A DNA stretch of 64,000 nt from the human T2T-CHM13v2.0 reference genome, Homo sapiens: assembly GCF_009914755.1 (NCBI RefSeq), contig NC_060937.1, one strand, 5' to 3'. The notes below the pieces were generated by a model, which was given only the letters and a program-made list of their open reading frames with translations, did not search any database and was not told the origin of the DNA. Each line of letters opens with the position of its first letter. Position 1 is the first letter of the stretch. The position numbers were made by a program, and so were the translations under genes. Positions 14,591 to 29,148 of the stretch are shown piece after piece.

Positions 14591-16451
14591 AAGAACACTT
14601 ACGACTATAAAAAGGTAGTTTTACTGGAGTACTAATTAATTTTACTACAAATTTCATTTTGCACCCTCTAAACCAGGCTTGGTCACTTTTGGTTAATTTT
14701 TGTTAGATGATTTTAAGAGTGACAAACTTTTGGTAGAGGATTTTCCAAAATCGGTTTCTAGATATTGTAAATTTCTTAAAATAACAAAGTAAACTCTAAA
14801 GTAGAAAGATGTTAAGTCTTCTATATAAATTGTGACTTCTTTTTTATGGAGAGAGGCCTTTTAGGAAGGAAAGCTTGTACCAAGGAGAAAATGAAGAGAA
14901 GTTTCTACAAAAGAACTGTTGTAGGATAGTGAATATTAGAAATTTGGATGCGTACAATTGCTTCTGATTCCATTTATACTTCTTTTCTTACAAGAAAACT
15001 GAAATACAGAGATTTCATTCATGTATTTACAGCCAGCTAGGAATACAGAACTAATGTCATCTGGTTCAAAGTTTAGAGTTCTTGCTCTTATACCACCAGG
15101 ATCTCATGATTAGCATGCATTTATCATATTGAGGTATCTATAGAGTTTGAGAAATTTATATAGTATAAATAACTGCTGCTATAAAGTACTGCAACTTGGT
15201 TCCTAGATTGCAGGTCACTTTGGAGGAGAATTCTTTAAGGCTTCTACACGTTAAACATTAAAATCTATGCTGTGACCTATGTATAACACATTGCCACAGG
15301 GTCTTTCAAATAGGAACCTGGCAGTAGTTTCAAGAGGTTCTCTAGCTTTGTCTTGTGTAGTAAAAGTATTCACAAATTTTGGATACTATAGAGCAGCCCA
15401 GGATTCTCATGGATTTAATCTCAGATTTAATGTTAAATTTATTTAATTTTATTAAATTTATTTAGTTAAATCAATTCTCAGATTTAATCATAGAACTGGC
15501 TCTGATTATTATTTTATTCTAGTCAAAATGGTCCAGTAGATTTCATTGCTTTTCTTTGTGTTTAATCTAATTCAGAGCTGAATAGTTAGGAAGAAAGCCA
15601 TTCCAGGGGGTATGACCTCGTATTAGAAACTGTAGGGAGTGTTAATTAGAATGAGAATAATAAATCTGTAAAATAGATGTGACAATGATAAATAGAGTAG
15701 AATAGAAAGCACAATACACAGAAAAGCTAGATGAATCATACAGTACTTGAAAGAGTGCAAAATTTGAGTCAAAAGAAACTTGTTCATAATACTTACTCAT
15801 ATTGAAACCTCCACTAGCCTTTCATAAATTTCATAGGACTTAGTTTCCCCATCCACAAAAAAGAAATAATTATAATGGACCTATAGAAGTGAGGTTAAAA
15901 GGAAAGAGATTTGAAGGTGTAATATAGTGGTGAGATCATCCTATAAAATAGGTGAGGAAGTATGCGATACAAAGGAGTAAGTTCTGGGTATAAGGGTGAA
16001 TTCTTTGAAGTAAACAAGAGCTGAAGAGCAATGTTGCTGGAAAGAACCGGTATTTACTCTTACACTAAGTACACTCTAGAGGAATTTATAATATGCTTTA
16101 GGAAGCTTCATGTGTCGAAATGCATTTTGTTTTCAGGTGTTCCCATGGCGGTACTGTTTCCGCAGTTTTAAGTAGTTTGGAATTGAGTATAAACACACTG
16201 CAAATCACCTAACACTGCAGTCCACTTAAAAGAAATATGAACAGTTTTTCAATCAGGTGCTTTCCACATGTACATCTTGTGAGGGAGGTCTGTGTCCTAC
16301 AGAGAAAGAAAATGATTTGTGTTTTTTCTAAACTATGACCTAATTAAGCATAGTGCATACATAAAAATTCATCTTTAATATTTTATCTGCAGGAATGTGC
16401 AGAGTAAAAATGTTAATTATATGGTTAAGAACCTAGACCTAGATTTTCTAA

Positions 16452-16665
16452 GTAAGGAGTCAACAACTTTTTCTGTTAAGGGCCAGATAGTAAATATTTT
16501 AAACTTTGTGGTTCATGAAATTCTCTGTCACAAATACTGTACTCTGCCATTGAAGCAGGAAGGCAGCCATAGAAAACATGCAAATGAATGGGACATGGCT
16601 GAGTTCCAATAAAACTTTATTTTCAAAAACAGATAATGGGCCATGAGACAACCATTGTTGTAAAG
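16452..16665 (+). mobile_element. MER58A-like hAT-Charlie DNA transposon fossil
   Basis: Characteristic aagggccagatagtaaatatttt...gcagccatag...gttccaataaaactttattt. Confidence 0.8.
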
Positions 16666-19600
16666 CATGACTGTTATTGATATTTCTTAAGTTTTTTTTC
16701 ATTTGTGTGTGTGTGCCTGTAAAAATTGCACCATGTAGATTATAAAAAGTTTCTAACAAAATCAAAATGATTGTTATTTTAAAACTAGATATAAAAGAAT
16801 GCAGACCTATTGTCTCATGAAATGATCGTCATTAAGTAAGATTGCTTGTTTCACTAGAGGAGAAAATTCTTGAAATTAAAATCTTTAAGCAAAGAAAAAA
16901 TTGGAGATGCTTGAATTTGATATTATGTGACAGTCTGATAAAGAGTACAGAGATTTCACTTCATCTTGTGCTAATGTTTAATTAAAAGTATATTGACACT
17001 AGTAAAGACACTTTATTTTAATTTGAGGTATAAATGTCTACCTAAAATAGACTATTTCCATTGAGTCATACATTTTAAATGTGGTATATATTCTTATATT
17101 TCAGAAAATGATAACTATCATAGAAATCTAATACTCATTAATTTGATTAATAATTATTTTTTTCCTCAAATTTGGAAATATCTTTTCCTATGTAATGGTC
17201 ATGTCAGAGGTTGTCTTTCATTACGTTTTTGGATGGAATTGGTAAATTATCTTTGAAGCTATGTAGAAGGTTGGGGATTTCAAAATTTACCCAAACTATT
17301 TATTAATTATTATAAAATATGTTGGCTGATTAGCTACTGGACTGACTTGTTGTTTATAGTCATAAAAAAGTAAAAATTATTTATGCCTATCAAGAGTTAA
17401 AAGAAAAACAATAGGCATTGTGTCAGTCCATTTCATCTTGAACTTCATTTTATTTTGTTTTTTCTATTAGGAGTTAAAATGCACCTACAAAGGTGACAGC
17501 TTGAAAGAATAATGCAAAACAGAGAGACAACTAAATTTGTTGATATTTTTAATTTCATTTGTCAAATGTAACATTATCTAAATAATAATTGATTTATCTT
17601 CTAATTGATGATTTAATATTTTGAGATGTAAGAATGGTGAATTTTGTTTACCAAAATTATTGTATTCATAAAGTTTCTTATTTTAGTGTATTGTGAAAAA
17701 ATAAATTGATGGAAATATATAACAGACTTGTAGTCTGTTATATGTTTGGATCACCTTTTAAATTAGTTATTTTGTTTGTGTGTGGGAATTTTACATAATG
17801 ATGGGAAAAAAGTAACATATTAAATTTCTTTTGCATTTAAAAAGGTAGGTATTCATAGGTGCCTAGTTTGACAATTTATATGAGTATAATGATGGTAAGT
17901 AATCATATGATTAAACCTCCTGCATGCATTAGAATATTTGATAATAAATGGCCATGATTGCCTTTTAATGTTATCGATCAAAGAAAAATCTAGTTGTCAG
18001 AGTTATATATAAAGCACATTAAACATTAAACAATAAAACACATTAAAACAATAACATGAAGGTATAGAAATGTAGAAGTACAGATTCTTTCAAAGAACCA
18101 TCTTGGTATTAAGGGGGATAGTAGTTCTAGTTTTATTTATTATGTAACAGTAATTGTAAAAAAAATTTTCAAGGAAAGTTACATTAATTTCTCATCAACT
18201 TATTTCCAAAAATATTGGAATGGTTCATTATTTTTCTCCATTATCTCAGAGAGGCAGTACAGCAACCGACTGGTGCTGGCAGGCTCTGGCAAGTGTCATT
18301 GTTCTATAATAAATTGGGTATATGATGGACAAATCTATGAAAGTCACTTAGCTACAGTTTCTTTGTTTGAAAAAAAATGTAAACAATGCCTCCACTTTAT
18401 CTCCTAGGGCAATTGAGAAGAATGAATAATAAACATCACTACAGTAATACTGTTTTGTAGATCCTAATACAAGACACTGTACTCCAAATCTCCCAGTGCA
18501 GAATTTAATTAGTGACATTATAAACATGCATTTAGACTCAATGCATTATAGTTTCCAAGCATGTCCATAGTAGCTAAATAAATTAGGCTAAAAACCAGCT
18601 TGATCATAAAAATTTAATTTGTAAAAATGTATTTTCGCTTATTAGCAGGTTTCTTAAATTTAATTATATCTAATTTTAAGAAAATGTATCTACCATAAGA
18701 CTCAGAATTCTTAGCAATAATAAGTAATACCACCAATTTATCTTCCTTTCTTTATTCTCTTCCTTTGTCTTTATATACCGAGAATATTAGAAGAAGCTAT
18801 TTCAGAAATGTAATGAATTTTCACTGGCCACATATAACCTTTGAATTCTTCGTCCTGGAGGCCCTATTGCAGAGAATCCAGTTTTAGATATTTCTTTCAG
18901 TGGGAAAAGTCTTCAGTATTCTTAACAGAGATGGAAAAAGAGCACGGGAGGAAGAAAGCAGAGGAATGTCTCCAGAGATAAGTCTGGCTGAGAGATAGCA
19001 AAAAACAGAAAAGAACTTCAAATTTACTCCTACACTGCCTCTGGAATAAAAAGGGAAGACTAAGTTTTGAATAGGGCTGAGATGAAGAGGCTGACAACAC
19101 AGAAGAGAATGGGTGATTTGAGGATGTTGGAGTTAGCAGTCTTTAAGTATGTTTTAATTTCTGTCCTCATGGCACATCCAGTATTTAGTGGCATCTCAGT
19201 TGGCCCTGGGATTCGCAATACAGCAAATATATAACAGGAATGTATGGCAGTCTCTATTTTATGCGCTTTCATAGATAACAAATAGCGCTCATCTTAATTT
19301 AATTTTAACTTTTTGATAATCTCAGTTTTCTTTGTTCTTGTCAAAGATAACTTTTTTCGAGATTCATAAATTACATAATTAAATGCTGGCACATCAGTTA
19401 TTATTAAAGTTATCAATGTCATTTCAAAGAGTTAGCATTTGCAAGAGATCTTAATATATACCCAGATTACTTTAAGAAAAAAATCTAAGTCATCCTCATT
19501 GAGCAGCAGACTTAAAAATTCTTACTTACAGGATGTGGCTGTTCCTGTCCTCTCATTTTTAATTTAAAGGAATGCTGGTTTTTGCTCAATATTGTAAGAA

Positions 19601-20509
19601 TACCCAATGTTTTTATTACGCCTTTAGTAGCAAAACACAAATGTCAACCACACTATACTTGTATAAAATGTATTATTTTGAAAACCACTGATAAATACAG
19701 TTATTGCCATACTTCATACACTTTAAAAATTCCACAGCCATAGGTGCTGTCAGATAACTTTATGAGTGGTGGCTTAAAATGCCGTTGCCTACTTCAGCAA
19801 TGTAGAAAGAACCACACCATATATTCTGTGGAAGGCAAAGCTATCAGAAGCAATGTCGGTACGAAAAGGCTTAAAGTGAATTATTCACCTCTTAACACTC
19901 CCTTGTGTTCAGTCTACTGCAAACAGAATGCTTGTTATCAATGTGAAAAGCAGTGGCTTTGAATTAAGGCAAAAATTTGTTTTGTTTAGTTTTCAACGCA
20001 ATGGTATCAAGGTAGACAAACAAACTTCTGTCCCTAATTCAAGGGTATTTTTCAAAATTTTATTTCTGTGTACCCCTGGATTAGGAAAACACTGAAAATA
20101 TAAATTTGGCTGATTTTATAATTATACGATTTAACACCATATCTAGAATCATTTATTTTTAGACAAAATGTTGTTCTGTTCACTACACATCCAACCCCAA
20201 ATTAGATTTTAAGAGCTGAGTTGCTCTCTTAATGACTTCAAAAAGTCAAAGACATACTTACAATTATTCTAGATTAATACACCTAGAATTAAAAATGTCT
20301 TCGTCTTTATATTTCAAACAGTGGAAGATCACTTTGTATTTGAAATACGTATCTTTATAATATATTTAAAATGTATAAAAATAATGTTGACACAAACATA
20401 TAAAGCCTATACAGATAATGCAAAAAATAAATTTAAGTATTATCTATTTAGATTATTGAGGCAAATGTTTCTAGAACTTGCTGAAAAAATGCTACATCTT
20501 TTCTTCCTT

Positions 20510-20960
20510 AGTCTCTAATCTGCTTCCAGTCCCATCCAGTGTGTGTATTTTTACTTTAAAATACTACAGCTTTTATTTTTAGATGTTTCGTTTGAATCTT
20601 TTTTTATATCTTCTATTTCTCTCTTTCAGGATCAAAATTAACGTGAGGCAAGGGAGGTAGTTAAGGCACAAGATTTAAGGAGACACTCTCCACGTCCTGC
20701 TTTTACATTCCTGAACATATTTTTAATATTTCTGATCGATTTTTAAAGGTCCTATTAGTTAATCCTATCATCACTCATCCCTGAGTCTGTTTTTATTGAT
20801 TTTTCTCCCAGGTCTAGGTTATATTTTCCTGGCTTATTGCATGCCCTGTAATTCCTGATTGAATCTTGGATATTGTGAATCTTACATTGTTGATGCTGGA
20901 TTTGGGACTGCCTATGTTCTGAGCTAAATATACATCTGTGAAATGAATGCATCCATTGGG
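20510..20960 (-). mobile_element. Ancient L1M (L1MC/L1ME-type) fragment
   Basis: T-rich degenerate L1 antisense signature (ctctaatctgct...cccatccagtg; gatattgtgaatcttacattgttgatgctgga); boundaries approximate. Confidence 0.5.
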
Positions 20961-21043
20961 CTGAGTGGTAGACTCTGACTTAAAGGTCTCCAGTTTGGTA
21001 AAGAGATAGAGAAAGCCAAGAGGACTTCAAGAATGCTAACGGG

Positions 21044-21229
21044 TTTTTCGTTTGTTTGTTTTGTTTTGTTTTGTTTTGTTTTGTTTTGTTTTGTTTTGTT
21101 TTGAGGCGGATTCTTGCTGTGTCGCCCAGGCTGGAGTGCAATGGTGCAATCTCTGCTCACCTCAACCTCCGCCTCCTGGGTGCAAGCGATTCCCCTGCCT
21201 CAGCCGCCATCTCTACTAAAATTACAAAA
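21044..21229 (-). mobile_element. 5'-truncated Alu with (GTTTT)n tail and an inverted 5' segment
   Basis: (GTTTT)n ~21055-21102; antisense right arm 21103-21205; sense-oriented Alu linker ccatctctactaaaattacaaaa 21207-21229; flanked by aagaatgcta at 21029 and 21228. Confidence 0.85.
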
Positions 21230-21406
21230 GAATGCTAGCAGTTTATAATCCATTGCCTCCTGTGTCTCCGCACCAATCATTCTGGAAATGTCAGAGTTCT
21301 ATGGTGTGTCAGAATTGTTCCTTTCATAGGAAATTTCCTGAATATCTCATGACTCTATCTATAATGGGTAGCATAATATTGGCTAATTAGCACCAAGGTT
21401 ATTTAT

Positions 21407-21408
<2 letters not shown>

Positions 21409-21439
<31 letters not shown>
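21409..21439. repeat. (TG)n microsatellite, followed by short TA/CA runs
   Basis: Directly visible. Confidence 0.93.
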
Positions 21440-21444
<5 letters not shown>

Positions 21445-22259
21445 CACACACACTCACATATATAATTATCAGAGTATGTGTAAATTAATCCCAGATTGAA
21501 TTCTAGCAGCATTTACTTAAATGGTATGTTTGATGGTGAAAAACTGACCATAGAATACAGTTTCCTACTGCTCACATTATTCTTCTCTTCCTTTTGCAGG
21601 GATACATTTGAAGACTAGTGTTCTGATTTTTTTCTTAGAAATTCATTAGAAATTAGACTTAAAATAATGAGGTCTTTATTTTTCTCATCCCACAGGTGTC
21701 TAATTTTATAGAAATCCAAGTGTTGCATTAAAATTTACCATACACTCATCCAGTTACCATTATTTCATATCATTACTGTGCTGCACAATTTAAAAATTAA
21801 AAACTTATAATGAGAATTGTATTATAAACTAAGAAATTTGCATACATTATCTCGTATAAACTTAAAACCCCACATTTTGAATACTCTTATATTATCTTAA
21901 TTTTGCTGCCAAAATTGTAAAATTATTTTGACAATATTTTGCATACATTTTGGTACATTTCAGAGGCTAACCGTTTTGTATTACATGTTTTTTAAGTTTT
22001 TACAAAGTATGGTGTTAACTTACTTCTAAAGGTAGAAACAGTTTTATGAGCCATTTTGAAAATTAAAACAATTCACCGTTTCTGAAGACAGAGCCCAGTC
22101 CTCCACGATCTAGCCATGTTTCTTTCCTGTGTTCAAAAGAGAAGCTACTACTTTGCAACAAGTGCAGTTTGAAATTTTTATGTAAAGTATTTATTTTATG
22201 GCTGGGTAAATCAGAGATACACACAAGAAAAAAATTCTTTGGAAGAAATAAAATTTGAA

Positions 22260-22670
<411 letters not shown>

Positions 22671-22839
22671 CTACATAGGTTTCAGAAATTGGCTCAGTAT
22701 CATTTTAAAAGACAAGTTCAGAAACACTCTTTGTTGAGAATATTAAAAAAATAACTTTTATTATAATTATTTTATGAGACAGAAGAATCCTCAGCATATA
22801 TGTGATGCAGATAATCATATTAGGTATATTTTGGTATTA

Positions 22840-24810
<1,971 letters not shown>

Positions 24811-26214
24811 AAGTGTATTGTTTTTACTCCTCTCAGAGGAACTTAAGGACATGTAAGTGGCCATATCAAAATAACCTACTTCCACAAACAGAGAGCTTTC
24901 CTAGTCTCAGCTAGCATGACTCAGTTTCACTACATGCTTTCTTTTGACCTTTTTCAGACAAGTTTTTTAAGAATTACAATAATTTGAATCAGACATCAAG
25001 TTGTAGAAGATTGCATATCCTTAGGAATAGTTTATTACTGAATATTGCTGATAAAAATGTTGATTTTTAATATCATTTATAAATGTACCACAGTTTGCTG
25101 ATCACTAGTAAAGAAAAAAGACAAATAATCAGAGAATTCATATTCTGCCAACTTTATCCACTCTGTTTGCTTGCTTGCTCACTTGTTTATTTTCCTGTTT
25201 ATTTTCTCCACAAAGGAAAGTAAAGAATATCTAATTTTTTATTACCTTTAACACACAAAGAAAGAAAATGAAAAAGATAGGAGAGTACATTCAGTATGAT
25301 GTTAGTTCACATCTGTTTTGTTATGATCAAATAATCACTTTTTTTAAAAAAGTGATTTTTTTGTCTCATGTATTATTGATTTTTTGTAGATTTTTAAATA
25401 GATCATCATATAGTTTTTAAAATACCTACTTGAAAACATTTATGTAGCTACCCACCAATTGTAGGTACATGTGATATTTTTAATGATAAACAAATCATCA
25501 TGTTTATATATTTATCATATAAAAGTCACTGTGTTCAAGTTGAGTTTGAAGAGAACACTAGTGATTAGTTTGCATGAAAGATAAGGTTTTCAAGCATTGT
25601 AAATATTCGTGTTTAATTACTCTGCTGAGTCCTAAAATGTACAAATGTCTGACCTCAAATTCTACCCTCTTCCAAGACTTAAAATTTATGAATTATAAAT
25701 GGAAAAGGTAAAACTCAATTTTTAGAGTATAGTGTTGTAAAATATCTGAATACTCTTATACTTCTAATTAAATGGTGCTGTCATACATATGGCTTTTTTC
25801 TCTATTTTTCATTTTTCTATGCAAATACTGTTATTTTATATTCAGATTATTTTAAATGAATTTTCAGAGACCCTTGGAGTCTAGATAATGAAAATGTAGT
25901 CAATTAGTTATATGTTTGTTAAAGGCCAAATGGCTATTACGTTATGGTAATTATACACACACACAATCTCTCATTCCTATCTACTTTAATCAATGAGTTC
26001 AGACATTATTAGTAAACTTCTGATACTCTGCTAGTGATTGAATTGCAAACTTTTAAAATTGTACTTTGTGAAATTCTATAATTAGAAACCAACTTCTTTT
26101 TTCTACATTTCTTTTCACTCCTCTCACCCTGCTTCCTCCTCGTTCCTGTATCTTTTCATTTCTCTCTCCCACTTTCTTTCTCTGTGCTTTTCTCTTGCTA
26201 TTCCTCAGATTTCT

Positions 26215-26511
<297 letters not shown>

Positions 26512-28782
26512 TTTCTTTGGCTTTCCTATTTTCTCTTGTTCTCTCCCAAACACCGTTCTTTTCTCCTTTCCTCTTGTTTTTCTATCTTCATCAGACCAAT
26601 ATTTGGCTGCAGTACCGTTGCCCAGAGTTCATCAAATGCTCATGCATAAATACATGTGTGTGTACATATAATTTTAATAGCTCTTCATTCAATGGAAATA
26701 TGATTTCATTTCTTAGCTTATGTTTCTTATTTAATTAGAAATGCTTAGAACTTTAATAATATGCAAATATTTCTAGATACTGTTCCTATCAGGACAAGAG
26801 AAAAAAAGTTTCCCCAGACTATTTCCTTGTGTCTAAACGAATAGGGATCCACATCCTATGAGGCTCCACTTAATTAAAACCATTAAAATCACAAGACTAC
26901 TTATAATAGTGCTTACATTTTTTAACTAGAGTTTCTGATTTCACAGTAAATTTTATTGTCTCTTTAATAACCTGGATTTTGTTTTCTTGAAGTGTTCTAA
27001 AACACTTATTTTTAGCTTTCAACTGACAGCAATAGTGGAATAGATACATGTGTTTGATCAATTCAAAGGATGAACTAGTTTTTATTAAATTAAAATGTGA
27101 AGTGACTAAGTAATTATAGTTTAAAAATTTTTCAAAATATTTTTGGAAACATTTTTGCCACTGGTGTTGACTACTGCTATTAACTTTACTAGAAAATCAA
27201 GTTATCCTTAAAAACTGATATTTTGTCATTATGGAAACAAAAAGTAAGATGCTTCACTGAATCTAGAAATTACTACAATATATAAATAGAAAGTGTCTGC
27301 TACCAACTGCTAGTAAAAGACGGTTAGGAGTGAGCAATGAATCCACCTTTTTCACTTCATCTTTGCATGTACTTTGACATGCAGGTGAGTGAAGTTTTCC
27401 AATGCTTCACTTCATCTTTGCGTGTACTTTGATAAATGTCATTTGGACAAACCAAAAAAGGTTATATATTAAGAAATTTGTGGGGGGGGGTTTCTGTCCC
27501 CAAACTTGACAATGACACTTACATATTACTTTAAACTATCATTCTTTAATGATATCAAATAAACTATCATTCTTTAATGATATCAATACTTTATATTACT
27601 TATCAATACTTTAAACTATCATTCTTAATATGCCTTTTTCTTTTTTCAGTAATCGCTCACAAATTCAAATGCTTTATATTATTATATGGGAAGAAGAAAA
27701 AAAGAATATCTTATTTTAAATTAGCCTTATTAATAAGGAAAGCACATATTGCACTACATTAAGTCTTACCTTGGGCCCTCTGTTTCATGAATTGCATGAT
27801 CCCTGTGTCACTGATACTTGTGTGCTGGATAATCTTGTAGGAACCCATAGCTGCTTCAGAGTATAATGCCGTGATATGAAGTGATGCAGGAAACAGGAGA
27901 AGCTTTGTCACTGAGTCAGCTGCAAGAAGAAGTAATGTGTATGAATGTACAGTATAGGGAAATCTATGAAAGATCCAGTCTCTTTCTCCCAAAAGACTCT
28001 GTTCCATGATACAAGGAGAATTCAGTTCTTTTTGGCAGACCTCCATGTCAGTTTGGAAGCAGTAAAAACAACCGCAAAAACAAGCCTGGTTTCTCAATGT
28101 CTTTATGCTCACGTTTTAAGTAACATTTTTTTCTCTCTTATTTTTGTTTTGCTTTGTTTTTAATAACTAGGAAGTAAAATAGAAATCCATTCCCACTGGA
28201 TTGTTTGAACATAATTTCCATAGTTGGGTTGTAGCTGAGAATGAATTATAGCAATGAGTTCAACCATATGTGAGATGCTTGTATCCATTACTGGCAAAAT
28301 TGGAAGGAAAGGCCCTGCATCTCTTAATTGAGGAGTGGATGACTTTAAATGATATTACATCAAGAAACACATAGAATCCCAGTAGATGATGTAATTATGT
28401 TTAAAAATGAGTATTATTAAATAATTCACACTTTTAATATGGAGAAATTAGGTTATTTTCCCACTCCTCCCACAAATATTCAATCTTAATATCTAAGTAA
28501 TGAAACAACACAGCCAGTGTTATCCATCCTGGTACTAAAAGAGAATGCCAGTTATGACAGGCTCATTGTTTACTTTAACAGGTAATTTGTGGACCGGAAT
28601 CATTTAATTGTTCTGAGTACATAATTACATGTCAGCAATTTCCAATTTAATTAAAATGTACAAATCTGAAGATTAAGGGAATTTTTGAATTATTAATCAT
28701 TTTTCCACTAGGAAATCTTGTTGCTCTGCAGGAGATTTGTCCAGTGTACAACTATACGTATTTTTTTCCTTCTCTTTCACAG

Positions 28783-28841
28783 ACAGACAATTTTCCCGCA
28801 GAGCCCAATTACATGGGCAGCAGGCAGCAGTTTGTTCAAAG
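28783..28841 (+). CDS. PCDH17: Protocadherin-17 internal coding exon (exon 2), 59 nt: TDNFPAEPNYMGSRQQFVQ(S)
   Basis: Polypyrimidine tract + CAG acceptor (tttttttccttctctttcacAG, 28761-28782) and donor AAG|GTAAGG at 28841/28842. The translation matches the PCDH17 cytoplasmic sequence as I recall it and joins the next exon in frame (AG+T = Ser). Confidence 0.93.
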
Positions 28842-28975
28842 GTAAGGCCTATTAAATAACTTTTCTCAGCTTCCCCATTTGCATTCGTGTCAAAATTGCT
28901 TTGCAAGAGACTACACTTCAGATTCAAACTAGTAGAGACAACACTTTCTCTTCTTTTTCTTTATATGTATTTCAG
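28842..28975 (+). other. PCDH17: PCDH17 short intron (134 nt, GT-AG)
   Basis: Lies between the two exons with canonical GTAAGG...TTTCAG ends. Confidence 0.92.
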
Positions 28976-29148
28976 TAGCTCCACGTTTAAGGACCCAGAA
29001 AGAGCCAGCCTGAGAGACAGTGGGCACGGGGACAGTGATCAGGCTGACAGTGACCAAGACACTAACAAAGGCTCCTGCTGTGACATGTCTGTTAGGGAGG
29101 CACTCAAGATGAAAACTACTTCAACTAAAAGCCAACCACTTGAACAAG
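28976..29148 (+). CDS. PCDH17: Protocadherin-17 internal coding exon (exon 3), 173 nt: SSTFKDPERASLRDSGHGDSDQADSDQDTNKGSCCDMSVREALKMKTTSTKSQPLEQ(E)
   Basis: Acceptor ttctcttctttttctttatatgtatttCAG (ends 28975) and donor AAG|GTGAGT at 29148/29149. Lies inside ORF 28887-29156 and contains the delta-protocadherin CM1 motif DSGHGDSDQADSD. Confidence 0.96.

Noticed and set aside
25333-25357. Palindrome aatcactttttt-t-aaaaaagtgatt
   Set aside because: Half of each arm is a homopolymer run, so information content is low.
27759-28112. 117-aa minus-strand ORF just upstream of exon 2
   Set aside because: No recognisable domain, non-ATG start in the track and no splice support; this length is compatible with chance.
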